A stretch of DNA of 64,000 nt, from contig CBDCEW010000104.1 in assembly GCA_965215885.1 (NCBI GenBank), forward strand, positions 1 through 64,000, given 5' to 3'. Shown in pieces: positions 20,929 through 31,212 of the stretch (position 1 is its first letter; every line of letters starts with the position of its first letter). This stretch comes from Candidatus Moanibacter sp. Lineage in GTDB: Bacteria; Verrucomicrobiota; Verrucomicrobiia; Opitutales; UBA2987. A program made the translations under genes and the position numbers. The notes beneath the pieces are model-generated. The model was not told where the DNA came from, searched no databases, and saw nothing but the letters and a program-made list of their open reading frames with translations.

Positions 20929-22038
20929 TCAGAAGCGATTCAGCTGCGGAAAGTACTTCTTCTCCTCTTCGTCCGTTGGACGAAAGGCTCGCCGAGGCGG
21001 GGTCAACGGAGTTTTCGGTGCCACTTTCGGTGTCGGAGGTGCTGTGCGAAGGTGTGAGGAGCCCACGGGATCGTAGAGTCGCGGTAGCGGATTGGCGGCC
21101 GTGCCCGCGATCGGACTTTCGGTAAGGGAGAGTCTGTCCAAAACATCGAGGAAGGGATTCGTCACGATGGCGGATCTGTGGAGTGAGGATATACTCGATT
21201 CCGCTATCGACTGCTGATCAATTTTCGGTGGCTTGGAAATTATTCGCTCTCTACTTTCCGTCGAGAAGATCTGAAGCGATCTGCTTAAATCCTCTCCAAA
21301 ACCTTCGGGCAGACCGTCATTCAAAGCGTTCAGAAACGGGTTATCCTTCAGTTTATCGATCTCTTTGACCTCCATACCTGCGTCATCTTCCCAGATCTGC
21401 ACCGTGCCATTATCCGCTGAATTGGTGTATTTCAGCTCGAGCGCTTTGAGGGGATCGAGAATCTCCCTATTTGCAGGATCTCCGTTTCCCTTGCTGGAGA
21501 TCAATCCAGCGAGTTTCGCGCCTGCCAGATCGTCCGAAAAGTCATCTGCTTCGTTCTTTTCCCCGGCTTTCCGCTCGGACTCCCGGGCATCCCGCTCGGC
21601 CACTATTCGGTCTATCAGTCGCGTCCCACTTCGTGGATCACGCAAGCTCGCTTTTTCCTCTTCCGTCAATTCGCGATCACCGGAAAGCTTTTCAACACCA
21701 TCAATCAACCAGTTTCTGGTCTCCTCTTTCTCCTTCTCTTCCTCTTCATCGTCCTCCTCTTCTTCTTTCGATTCGGTGAGGCTGGAATACACGATTAAAG
21801 GAGGCTGTTCGACCCCTTTGAAAAGATCGCCCGTATCAACTGCGTCCCGAACTTTTTCGCGATCGTCAGAGACCTTCTTCAGGCGATCCAGTTCTTCTCT
21901 GGCCAGCTCTCTAAATTCATCTCCGGAGTCTTGGTCGGGAAAGAGGAGACCGGCTCCCAAAAAGAGCAGGCAGCATCCCAAAAGTGCAATCCGCGGGACT
22001 CTCGAATCGGTTGGGAACATCAAGAAGCGTCTCGTCAA
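20929..22038 (-). CDS. Hypothetical exported/membrane-anchored acidic protein
   Basis: N-terminal hydrophobic segment, Glu-rich tract, Pro-rich C-terminus; start overlaps stop of the PilT-like gene. Confidence 0.7.
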   Translation of the reverse strand: MTRRFLMFPTDSRVPRIALLGCCLLFLGAGLLFPDQDSGDEFRELAREELDRLKKVSDDREKVRDAVDTGDLFKGVEQPPLIVYSSLTESKEEEEDDEEEEKEKEETRNWLIDGVEKLSGDRELTEEEKASLRDPRSGTRLIDRIVAERDARESERKAGEKNEADDFSDDLAGAKLAGLISSKGNGDPANREILDPLKALELKYTNSADNGTVQIWEDDAGMEVKEIDKLKDNPFLNALNDGLPEGFGEDLSRSLQIFSTESRERIISKPPKIDQQSIAESSISSLHRSAIVTNPFLDVLDRLSLTESPIAGTAANPLPRLYDPVGSSHLRTAPPTPKVAPKTPLTPPRRAFRPTDEEEKKYFPQLNRF

Positions 22039-23159
22039 CCCACAATTCCGCCTGTGCTGAGAAAGATACCTTTGAGATTCATCTCGATCGCCTTTGCATT
22101 CGGCGAGTAGGCCAAACCGTCCTGTTTCGAAATCAATCCCGCTTTAATAAGGCGATAGAGGTCGGCATTGAAGGACTTCGAACCACTCTCTTTACCGGCT
22201 TCAATGACAGACGGAATCTTCTCGTAGGAGCCCTCTTCGATAATACTCCGAGCGAGAGAATCGACGACAAATAACTCGACGACAGGCACCCGACCTCCGC
22301 CTTCGATGGCGGGCACGAGACGCTGGCTGATCGTGGAACGCAGGGCGCCTGCAATCCGACGCCTCATGCTTACCTGTTGTTCAGGAGGGAAGAATTCAAA
22401 CAAGCGTTGCACCGCCTGTTGCGCATTCGATGAGTGGAGGGTGCCGAATACCAGGTGCCCGGTCTCGGCGGCGGAGAGCGCTGTCTCGAAAGTATCTTTA
22501 TCGCGCATCTCACCGATCAGAATAATATCGGGGTCTTGCCGTAGAACGGCTTTCATGCCGAGTTGAAAGGTCGGTGCGTCAATTCCTACTTCCCTCTGGT
22601 TAAAAAGGGATTTTGCGTCGGTGTAGTTAAACTCAATCGGATCCTCCAAGGTAACGACATGCTTGTCCATTGTGTGATTGATCCAGTTCAGCATCGCCGC
22701 CATGGTCGAACTCTTACCGGATCCCGTGGCACCGCATACCAGAATTATTCCATCTTTGTGCATACAGAGATCGGTCAACCCCTCCCCATCGTGGCCGAGT
22801 TCCTCAAACGAGGGCGGCTCATCTTTTACGTGACGAAACACCATGCTTACCGTTCCTCTCTGATGAAAACCGTTGACACGAAAGCGTCCCAACCCATCGA
22901 GGCTGTAACAATAGTCGACTTGATTATCCTCCCTCCACCTTTCGATAAACTGTTGGGGACAGGTATCTTCTATAAAACCCCGAATCATTTCTTCCGTTAG
23001 GGAGTCCATATCGATGGGTTCCAGATTCCCATGAAGGCGAAGATAGGCAGGTCTTTCCGGTTTTATGTGAATATCACTGGCGCCGTTCTCGACGGCGAGA
23101 CCCAGAAGGCTGTTAAAAGTATCGGTACTGTCTGACATGGCATACTCCTCGTTTGGCAA
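22035..23159 (-). CDS. pilT: Type IV pilus PilT/PilU-family ATPase
   Basis: [47 protein letters not shown] and AETGHLVFGTLH. Confidence 0.9.
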   Translation of the reverse strand: MPNEEYAMSDSTDTFNSLLGLAVENGASDIHIKPERPAYLRLHGNLEPIDMDSLTEEMIRGFIEDTCPQQFIERWREDNQVDYCYSLDGLGRFRVNGFHQRGTVSMVFRHVKDEPPSFEELGHDGEGLTDLCMHKDGIILVCGATGSGKSSTMAAMLNWINHTMDKHVVTLEDPIEFNYTDAKSLFNQREVGIDAPTFQLGMKAVLRQDPDIILIGEMRDKDTFETALSAAETGHLVFGTLHSSNAQQAVQRLFEFFPPEQQVSMRRRIAGALRSTISQRLVPAIEGGGRVPVVELFVVDSLARSIIEEGSYEKIPSVIEAGKESGSKSFNADLYRLIKAGLISKQDGLAYSPNAKAIEMNLKGIFLSTGGIVG

Positions 23160-23280
23160 TTAAATAATAAGGTTTACAAAAACCGCTAATGGAACTTTTA
23201 GTTAAAACTACTATAAATCTCCCGGGAATCAATTTCTTCTTGGAAAGAATTCGAAACGCGATCCTCATCCAATATCGACA

Positions 23281-24177
23281 ATGAACTCAACACAATTCTC
23301 AGGTGTCCTGACAGCTCTCGTGACTCCCATGAACGAGGGTTCAGTAAATTACGAAGATCTCTCCAACCTCGTAGAAACTCAGATAGAAGAGGGCATCGAC
23401 GGCATCGTTGCGGTCGGCACGACAGGAGAATCGCCGGCCCTTAGTCACGATGAACATTCAGAGGTTATCCGCTTCTGCATTGAAAAGGCAAGAGGGCGCG
23501 TTCCGGTAGTCGCCGGCACCGGCTCAAATTCGACGATTGAGGCTGTATCGCTCACTCGGCAAGCTCATGATGCTGGAGCGGACGCTTTACTGCAAGTTGC
23601 GCCCTATTACAATAAGCCCAGTCAAGAAGGCCTCTTTAGACACTTCAGTGCCGTAGCGGAGTCTACCGATAAGCCGATCATACTGTATTCCATACCTTCG
23701 CGATGCGGTATTGAAATCGGTGTGGGCACGGTGGCACGGCTACGACAGAAACACCCCCACATCAATGTCATCAAGGAAGCGGGTGGCAGCTGCGACAGGG
23801 TATCGGAGTTAGTCGAGGCGATGGGTGATGATCTGACGGTTCTAAGTGGGGACGACAGTCTGACAGTTCCCTTTATGGCGGTGGGGGCTAAGGGGGTTAT
23901 CAGCGTTGCTTCCAATCTCGTGGTCAAAGATCTGGCGCGAATGACGAGAGCGGCACTCGACAATGACTTCGCGACAGCGACGGAAATTCATCTGAAATAC
24001 TATCCACTCTTTCGGGCATTATTTATCGAACCGAATCCCGTGCCCATCAAGACCGCCCTCCACCATGCCGGTAGAATTCGCTCAGCCGAGGTGCGCATGC
24101 CTTTATGTGAAATGTCCGCGGAAACCCGGAACCGCCTTTTCCAAGCGATGACCGCCACCGGTATGGCGCCTTCCTGA
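23281..24177 (+). CDS. dapA: 4-hydroxy-tetrahydrodipicolinate synthase
   Basis: GTTGES, GTGSNST, PYYNKPSQEG, IKEA, LSGDD and NPVPIK. Confidence 0.98.
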   Translation: MNSTQFSGVLTALVTPMNEGSVNYEDLSNLVETQIEEGIDGIVAVGTTGESPALSHDEHSEVIRFCIEKARGRVPVVAGTGSNSTIEAVSLTRQAHDAGADALLQVAPYYNKPSQEGLFRHFSAVAESTDKPIILYSIPSRCGIEIGVGTVARLRQKHPHINVIKEAGGSCDRVSELVEAMGDDLTVLSGDDSLTVPFMAVGAKGVISVASNLVVKDLARMTRAALDNDFATATEIHLKYYPLFRALFIEPNPVPIKTALHHAGRIRSAEVRMPLCEMSAETRNRLFQAMTATGMAPS

Positions 24178-24929
24178 TGAGCTTGAAAATCCTTCTCAAT
24201 GGCGCAAAAGGGCGCATGGGACAAACGCTGCTTTCGCTCGCTCCTGAATTCGAGGCAGAGATTGTAGCGGCGGTTGATATCGGCGATGATGCAGCGGAAG
24301 GGATGGAGGACTCGAATGTCGTCATTGACTTCAGCTTTCACGAAGCCACTTTGCCCCTGCTGCGAATTGCAGCTGAATATAACAGGTCAGTGGTTATTGG
24401 AACGACCGGGCATACCGACGAGGAGCGCGAAGCAATCACCGCTCTCACGGAGAAACTCCCGATCGTGTGGGCCGGAAATTTTTCCATCGGAGTAAACCTT
24501 CTCCTTCATCTTACGGAGGAAGCGGCTACAATTCTCGGGCCCGAATACGAAGCCGAAATAATCGATATACACCATCATCAAAAAGTAGACGCACCGAGTG
24601 GGACGGCGGAAGGACTGATCGAAGTAATCCGCCAGGCGCGCCGCTTGGATAGGGGTGATGTAAAGTATGGCCGCCATGGAATCGTAGGAGAGCGTCCCCA
24701 GGCCGAGATTGGCGTGCACTCTTTGCGATGCGGTGACTCGGTAGGCGAGCACACCATCCTCTTTGCGGGTTCGGGCGAACGTATTGAGCTCATTCACCGG
24801 GCCTCGGACCGGAAGATATTCGCTCAGGGTGCGTTCCGGGCGGCCCATTGGGTCGCAAATCAGGAACCCGGTCTCTATTCAATGCGTGAAGTGCTTGGCT
24901 TAGGAATCCAGCGGCCTGCCCGACAATGA
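24177..24929 (+). CDS. dapB: 4-hydroxy-tetrahydrodipicolinate reductase
   Basis: GAKGRMG, IGTTG, NFSIG, HHHQKVDAPSGTA and GEHT. Confidence 0.98.
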   Translation: MSLKILLNGAKGRMGQTLLSLAPEFEAEIVAAVDIGDDAAEGMEDSNVVIDFSFHEATLPLLRIAAEYNRSVVIGTTGHTDEEREAITALTEKLPIVWAGNFSIGVNLLLHLTEEAATILGPEYEAEIIDIHHHQKVDAPSGTAEGLIEVIRQARRLDRGDVKYGRHGIVGERPQAEIGVHSLRCGDSVGEHTILFAGSGERIELIHRASDRKIFAQGAFRAAHWVANQEPGLYSMREVLGLGIQRPARQ

Positions 24930-25030
24930 CCGGCGGGCGGAAGTCCTGTCCCGGCCAGCCGGGACTAGAAACATGAAAATGAACCTGAGATTTGTGGGAA
25001 AGAGAGCGAATTGTTGCACAATGGGGATGT

Positions 25031-25058
25031 TAGGAATTCTAAGTCCGACAGATTCCTA
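25031..25058. repeat. 28-bp mini-element (reverse orientation of 2941-2968)
   Basis: Reverse complement TAGGAATCTGTCGGACTTAGAATTCCTA vs TAGGAATCTGTCGGAATATTAATTCCTA. Confidence 0.65.
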
Positions 25059-25068
25059 GCGGATTAGT

Positions 25069-25677
25069 ATGCTGGCCACAATCGAAGGAACGCTGACGGA
25101 ACTCGATCCCCTCGTGGCCGTTCTCGAAATCCAGGGAATCGGCTACGAAGTGCATATCCCGCTTACAACCATGGAAAGGCTTCCGAATCCAGGTGGCACC
25201 GTGAAATTGTACACCCATGCGGTTTATCGGGATGATTCGCAGACTCTTTTCGGGTTTTACGGCAAAGCAGACCGGGAATTTTTCAGACTCCTTATCGAAA
25301 AAGTCTCGGGCATCGGACCGAAAATCGCCCTGCGCATAATGAGCCGACTCTCGGTACCAACCTTGCAATCCGCCATCGCCTCCTCCGATGTTGCTCTTCT
25401 CTCGAAGTGCCCGGGAATTGGAAGAAAGACAGCCGAACGACTTGTCGTTGAGCTCAAAGATAAACTCTCGCCCGCTAAGGGCCATACATCGGTATCCGCA
25501 GCTGTTTCGGGTGTGAGCGATCCCGTCGAAAGTGTCACTTCCAGCCGCGATGCGGTAAACGCCTTGATCTCACTTGGCTACAAAGCCGAAGAGGCGGATA
25601 AAGCGGTGCGGCGTTCGGTAGAGGTTCTCGGACCCGATGCCAACACCGAGGAGTTGATCAAGAAGGCATTGGGTTAG
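25069..25677 (+). CDS. ruvA: Holliday junction branch migration protein RuvA
   Basis: GIGYEV, LFGF, VSGIGPKIAL, PGIGRKTAERLVVELKDK and ALISLGY. Confidence 0.98.
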   Translation: MLATIEGTLTELDPLVAVLEIQGIGYEVHIPLTTMERLPNPGGTVKLYTHAVYRDDSQTLFGFYGKADREFFRLLIEKVSGIGPKIALRIMSRLSVPTLQSAIASSDVALLSKCPGIGRKTAERLVVELKDKLSPAKGHTSVSAAVSGVSDPVESVTSSRDAVNALISLGYKAEEADKAVRRSVEVLGPDANTEELIKKALG

Positions 25678-25693
25678 GAATCTGTCGGACTAG

Positions 25694-27547
25694 TCCTAAA
25701 ATAAGCGCGTTTAAAGGTTGAACAGGAAACTTCGTTATTCCTAACGTTATTTGCCATGCTGGCGGTAGTTTTGCCGCCGCCACCCTTGGGCTGGTTTCAT
25801 GTTTTGCTTTTTTTGAGTCATATCCGTTCTGTTTTAACGTTAGTTCTGTCCCCTTTTTTGGATACGCCGACAGTCCTTCCGTTGTGGCTGTGCGTTCGCG
25901 GTTACTTGATCTGCTACCCAGGCGACATAGATCGGAATCGCTCCCAGGTGCTGATAAAATCTCCCATCCACTCGTTCCAGCTTAAAAGCCGATAAACAAT
26001 TCGGCGCCCGCTTCGGATGATTTGCGCGGGGAGCAAGATGATGGCGTGAAGGAAGCGCCGAAACTCCATCTTCACGATCTCCAGTCCCCCGCTGGCGGTT
26101 GGGCATGAGTAATCCATACCACGCCTTCAGGTTCCAGGCCAATGCTGTCATTACCATATAGGCCCAATTGCTCAAAAGATCATCCACGGGCATACGCATC
26201 GCATTAACCCCGTTTTTGAGTTGCTCAATAACGTTCTCCTGATCGCAGCGTTGATTCGCAAAGGCGACCACCTGCTCCTTAGTCAGGTCCCTGCGATTTG
26301 TGATATAAAAAAAGTAGCGGATCTCATCAAAGAGCACTACTTCGCCCTTTTGCACACTGATGTTCTTACGCACCACCACCATCCGATAGGTCTTTTTGCA
26401 CTTGTTGGGCCGATAGTCCAACTCGGCCACACTTTCTGCCTCCAGCACCTTGTTTTCAAAACCCTTCTGGTGCACGATCCCTTCCGAAGTTCACTCGCGG
26501 CGCTTTAGCTCTCGATTCGGTCGCTATTTCATGCTTGGGCAACCGCTCCAGTTCGCTCCAGGCCGTCTCTCTGAACTCCTCGGCCAGTCCCACCACTTTG
26601 GGATGCGCATCCATTCCGAAGATAAATCCCGTTCCTTCTTCATCCCACCGATCGAAGTTTTCTGTCAACGAAAAGTCCGTATCCCCTCGCAAGCAGATTT
26701 TCCCCGCATGCGCACGCACAAGTTCCACCGCCCGATCAATCCACTTTACGCATCCCTCATGGCTAGTCTCATTGCCCGGTCGATTCACCATGTAGAGCAC
26801 TTCCCTGGTATTTGCCAAACTTACGATCAGCGGTGCATAGCCCCAGATCCCCTTATAGCTTATTCCCATACCCCCTTTGCACTTCCCTCTCGTCTGCGCT
26901 ATCGTCCCGTCCACATCGATGAACGCCTCCTCCATGAATCCTTTTGCCTGCTTGTTCCACACCCCTTGCCGTATCCGGTTGATCCCTTCCATCAATTTTT
27001 CGATCGCGCCTTCATCAAAGCGTCGGGTGAAGTCTCCACTGGTCGTCGGATCCGGTATCCTCTGCGCTCCTAAGGCATTCAGAAAAACCTCGTCCTTGCG
27101 GCGCAATTCGATGTCTTCGAGCCGGATCCCTCCCAATAATGCGTTGTAGGCTATGTTGAGCACATGATCACTCTCATGATACGGCAGGTGGCGCTTGAGC
27201 AACTGCACGCTCTGGTCGAGCTCTTCCACCAACCCCAGTCTCTTCACCATCAGGTGAATCGCTCCTATCCCTCCACAACTCACCCCTTTGCCTCGTTCGG
27301 CCGTCTCGTAGTGGATGTTGCTCGCTTTGAACATCGGTTTGGCCTGTTCAGGCCAGCCCCGATTTTCTAAGCCGATGCTTTATTCTTCTCTTGCTATTGT
27401 GGAGGTTCTTGCGGTATCTTCTTTTCACTCGAAACGTCCTTTTTTTCTGGGTGGATTTTTTTGGTCGATTAACAGTTTTCCCAGTATCTAAGCGCGTTTC
27501 GAGCTTTTTATTGCGTTAGGTATATTCCAATCACACTTGTTCGAGGA
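25694..27547 (-). mobile_element. IS1380-family element, full length, transposase (about 27428->25914) frameshifted
   Basis: CTAG TSD at 25690-25693 and 27548-27551; imperfect TIR TCCTAAAATAAGCGCG / TCCTCGAACAAGTGTG; IPDPTTSGDF, IDVDGT, LRGDTDF and RCDQENVIEQLK. Confidence 0.92.
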
Positions 27548-27587
27548 CTAGTACAGATGATCATAAATTCGATGTCCGCTGCACGGC

Positions 27588-27972
27588 ACCCTTAGTCCTT
27601 CCACTTAGTCGAATGGTGTTGCCGGCTGTGGGACTAAGTGGGGCGACGAAGTGTAGGGGACTAAGTGTGGATCAATTTCGAATACTGCTGCACGGTACAC
27701 TTAGTCTTCCAATCTTAGTCGAATACCCTTAGTCCTTCCACTTAGTCGAATGGTGTTGCCGGCAAGGACTAAGTGGGGCGACTAAGTGTTTGGGACTAAG
27801 CGTAGGGGACTAAGTGTGGATCAATTTCGAATACTGTTGCACGGTACACTTAGTCTTCCAATCTTGGTCGAATTCCCTTTAGTCCTTCCACTTATTCAAA
27901 TGGTGTTGCCGGAAAGGACTAAGTGAGGAGACTAAGTGTTTGGGACTAAGTGTAGGGGACGAAGTGTGGATC
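27588..27972. repeat. Three tandem ~140-150-bp hairpin units (CTTAGTC arms / GACTAAG arms)
   Basis: Units start near 27588, 27725 and 27875 with TTAGTCCTTCCACTTAKTCRAATGGTGTTGCCGG. Confidence 0.9.
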
Positions 27973-27988
27973 TGATGGGAGAGGTGAA

Positions 27989-28743
27989 ATGCCTGAGTTT
28001 TTGGCCATGAGAAACTGAAGGTTTATCAGAAGGGCAAGAAATTCCTCTCCATTCGAAAGAATCTGTTGGACAGAATTTCGCGACGAGTTGCCGCTTGCGA
28101 CCACCTCGATCGTGGGGCGGAAAGCATCCTCCTAAATATCGCTCACGCCAGCAATTCGTGGTCACCAAAAGAACGGATCGTCTACTTGGGACATGCCAAC
28201 GGATCGGCGCTTGAGTGCGCCGCATGCCTGGATGTATTCGTCGCCAAGAAGCTGTTTACGATCAGTGATGTTCTCCCAGGAAAGAGCCTGTTAAGCGAGA
28301 TCGTCAACATTCTCATTTCCATGAGAGAGATAGCATCCAATAGGGTTCAAGAGGATCGTGAGCCATACGAGCCGGCAAGAAAAGCCAGGCTGTTTAGTCA
28401 CGAGGACCTGGAGGTGTATCAGACGGCGCTCCATCTTATTAGTTTGGTAGAAGAAACCTGGATCGAATTCTCATGCAGTGCGGATCTGCGATCAAAGCTC
28501 GACAAGTCGACTACTTCGATCGTTCTAAACATTGCGGAAGGGAACGGTCGATTCAGTGGAGCCGATCAATTCAAATTCCTTGGGATCGCGGAAAAGGCTA
28601 CAGTCCAGTCTGCTTCACTTCTGGATGTGGCGACAGCTAACAGCCGGGCTGACCCTTTCCGAGGGGAAGAAGGACATGAAATGCTACGTCGAATTGCCAG
28701 GATGCTAAGATCACTTAGTGGGGCCGCTGCAAGGCGCGCTTAG
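27989..28743 (+). CDS. Tandem four-helix-bundle protein (23S rRNA IVP / bAvd-like fold, two domains)
   Basis: Two repeats: GHEKLKVYQ...SILLNIA...GSALECAACLD and SHEDLEVYQ...SIVLNIAEGNGR; ATG 27989 is out of frame by one base at the T5 run 27998-28002. Confidence 0.8.
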
Positions 28744-28832
28744 TCGCCCACCCTTAGTCCTTCCACTTATTCGAATGGTGTTGCCGGCAGGGACTAAGTG
28801 TTTGGGACGAAATGTAGGGGACTAAGTGTGGA
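28740..28832. repeat. Fourth copy of the CTTAGTC/GACTAAG hairpin unit, starting at the stop codon of the four-helix-bundle gene
   Basis: CCCTTAGTCCTTCCACTTATTCGAATGGTGTTGCCGGCAGGGACTAAGTG...GGGGACTAAGTGTGGA. Confidence 0.88.
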
Positions 28833-28879
28833 CATGGCTTACGGTCTGCGACAAGCTCAGTCCTACAACCTGGCTGTGA

Positions 28880-29542
28880 TCAACGCTGGAAGATAAATCC
28901 GACCCTTTCAGAGCGGTAAATGCGGCGGGAACTATTCTCCAGAAAGTTGGGACGCAGGTTGGGAAAGCCTGTTTCAAACACGGGAAGAGAGTCCCTTTCG
29001 AAATTGTCCGGAATGCCTGGCTCCACCGTAAAAGTGGAGTTCAGTCGTGTGAAAAGGGCCTCTTCCACGGGAAATGGGCTATCTTCAATTTCAGGCTCTA
29101 TCAACAACCGGGAAAACTCGGGCACTCTCTTTACTAGAAGCGCCTGGCTCTTGATATCCCGCTCAGCCCCCGAATCTCGCAGCCGAAGGTCTCCCGTGGG
29201 CTGTAATTCAAGCGGCCGTTGGGCAAATTCTACAATTCCGTCATCTTTCACGAGTGAGAGGGTAACGAGCGTGAAAGCGAGCGTCACGCACGCCACCGCC
29301 AGACCGATCGGCGCAGCGTAGCTGAACTTCCTCGAATCCAAACCGGTGGTTCTTGAAGCAGTATGCGCCAAAGTTGAACTAAGGACCTCACAGGATGCGC
29401 GATGCAATCGGCAATAATTGGCAAATGTATTCCTTCGCGAAGAACTGATTTTCAACTCGCGCTCGAGTGAACGCAAGTCCTCTGCCTCAATCTCGCTGTC
29501 GAGGTAGAGATTTACCAATTCCTTGAACCTGGAATCCCTCAT
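28880..29542 (-). CDS. Putative anti-sigma factor (membrane-anchored)
   Basis: FKELVNLYLDSEI N-terminus, single TM helix, overlaps stop of ECF sigma gene. Confidence 0.75.
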   Translation of the reverse strand: MRDSRFKELVNLYLDSEIEAEDLRSLERELKISSSRRNTFANYCRLHRASCEVLSSTLAHTASRTTGLDSRKFSYAAPIGLAVACVTLAFTLVTLSLVKDDGIVEFAQRPLELQPTGDLRLRDSGAERDIKSQALLVKRVPEFSRLLIEPEIEDSPFPVEEALFTRLNSTFTVEPGIPDNFERDSLPVFETGFPNLRPNFLENSSRRIYRSERVGFIFQR

Positions 29543-30141
29543 TTGAATTCTCGGCCCATCTTACCTCGCAAACTCTCTCGCGCCCGCGCTATTCTGCTCT
29601 TAACCGTTCCTACGCTGATTTCCAAATTTTCAGCGATCTCTTCGTAGGAGAGGTGATTCACCGTTCGCAGTTTGAGTATCTCTCGGTGCTTTTCACTGAG
29701 CAGTTCCATGGATTCGGAGACTCTCTCTACGAATTCGTGCGTAACAGTCGCCATTCGCGGGTCCTCTCCCATCGCGGGAAGGACGTCGATTAGAGTCGCT
29801 CCTCCATCGTCCACAATACTCTGCTCCAAGGAAATTGAAACATCGCGCCTGCGTCTCCACCAATACCAGTATTTATTGTGCGCTAGATTGGTCGCAATTT
29901 GAAAGAGCCATGTTGAAAACGACGCATCACCCCGAAAATTCTCTAAGCCCTTGTGCGCTCTTACAAACGCGTCCTGGGTAACTTCCTCAGCGTCTTGACG
30001 GTTCTTCAGCAATTGCAAAACGCGAGAAAATATCCGATCCCAGTAGCGGCTCACCATCTCATCGAAAGCCGATTGATCACCGCCCTTAAAGCGATCTACC
30101 AGGAGTTTATCCAATGTAATGTCTTTAGCTTTAGTAGCCAT
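29539..30141 (-). CDS. ECF RNA polymerase sigma-70 factor (RpoE-like)
   Basis: GDQSAFDEMV, DAEEVTQDAF, SFSTWLFQIA and LSYEEIA...GTVKSRIARAR. Confidence 0.95.
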   Translation of the reverse strand: MATKAKDITLDKLLVDRFKGGDQSAFDEMVSRYWDRIFSRVLQLLKNRQDAEEVTQDAFVRAHKGLENFRGDASFSTWLFQIATNLAHNKYWYWWRRRRDVSISLEQSIVDDGGATLIDVLPAMGEDPRMATVTHEFVERVSESMELLSEKHREILKLRTVNHLSYEEIAENLEISVGTVKSRIARARESLRGKMGREFK

Positions 30142-30337
30142 ATTTGTAACTGTTTTCTATAGGAGCCACAAACGGCGGGTTTGTTCCGCCTGGCATGCCA
30201 TTCGTCGGTCGAAATTTACAATGCCGCGGCGAATCGGAGTACTCCTTTGCTGCCGTTCAAAGCTATTAGATGCCGCAGTCTGAAGCAAGTTCAAATTTGG
30301 ACAGGCAAATCTGGAACCGTAGGACAGAAGAGGGACC

Positions 30338-30546
30338 CAGCGCAGCGTAGCCGCAACCAAAAAAGAAGAAGAGAACCGCAGATGCATCCCGGCAAGCCGG
30401 GACGAATGTAGAAGGAATCTCCTACTTCCCTTGGGTAACCCCGTCGCGAACCTTGTCCCAAACCTTGTCGACTCCACAGCTTTGAATACAAACATCTTAC
30501 GCCCCAAAACGTGTTCAAAAAACTAAATTCTGACGGATTGTAATAC
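30338..30546. mobile_element. Non-autonomous TIR-less element, family A copy 2
   Basis: Same ends as 4051-4367: CAGCGCAGCGTAGCCGCAACCAAAAAAGAA ... GTGTTCAAAAAACTAAATTCTGACGGATTGTAATAC. Confidence 0.7.
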
Positions 30547-30987
30547 AGAGGACCACGGAGAATTCAACAAAAGCAAACGAAGATGAAGAAAAAATAATTC
30601 TCACGCAACGGTCTTCGTCCAGCACAGCACCACTACCCTGTCAAGAAGACGCAAAGGGGGAAGAGAAAAACCCTACGTGGACTCCGCTGTACCACGGATG
30701 TTGACCGGTTGAAGCTAGGTTTGAAGCCGACTTTTCTCCTTGCGCGTATTACGACAAGGTTCGCGACGAGGTTTGCTGCATTGAGCCCTAAGTCGGCCAG
30801 CGGTGAACCTGTTTACCTCCGCAAAGCGGAGCGACGAAGTGTTGACTGTCTGAAGAACATCAACGAGTTGTAGGGGTCGTTCCGGTTTCCCTACCACCAT
30901 AATGGCTACAGTTTGTTCTTGCCAGAAGATGTGGGGTTGCTATCTGTCACTTGCTTTTTGCATAACCGAGGCTCATACGTATTATCC

Positions 30988-31060
30988 GGGTCGATAGCTC
31001 AATTGGTAGAGCAGTGGCCTTTTAAGCCATTGGTTCTGGGTTCGAGTCCCAGTCGACCCA
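30988..31060 (+). tRNA. tRNA-Lys (anticodon TTT), CCA not encoded
   Basis: Cloverleaf GGGTCGA/TCGACCC, D arm GCTC..GAGC, anticodon loop CTTTTAA, T arm CTGGG-TTCGAGT-CCCAG. Confidence 0.97.
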
Positions 31061-31212
31061 TCAGCGCGGGAACAGAGCAGATGGACTATGCCAGTGTATT
31101 CACGAATGGTTTACTTGGACTCGGCCGAGATATTTTTATTGCAGATTGGATAAGAATCAGGAGAATAGAGAGGCGTTAGAGGTAGACGACGCCTTAGAGG
31201 TTATTAGCAGCT

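Noticed and set aside
27588..27972. CRISPR array
   Set aside because: Whole ~140-150-bp units repeat, there are no unique spacers and no cas genes
27989..28743. Diversity-generating retroelement (Avd-like gene)
   Set aside because: No reverse transcriptase and no TR/VR pair with adenine-specific mismatches seen in the window
30660..30960. Possible ncRNA upstream of tRNA-Lys
   Set aside because: Only small hairpins; no family recognisable without a covariance search
30988..31060. tRNA-Lys as an integration site
   Set aside because: No integrase nearby and no duplicate of the tRNA 3' end found in the window
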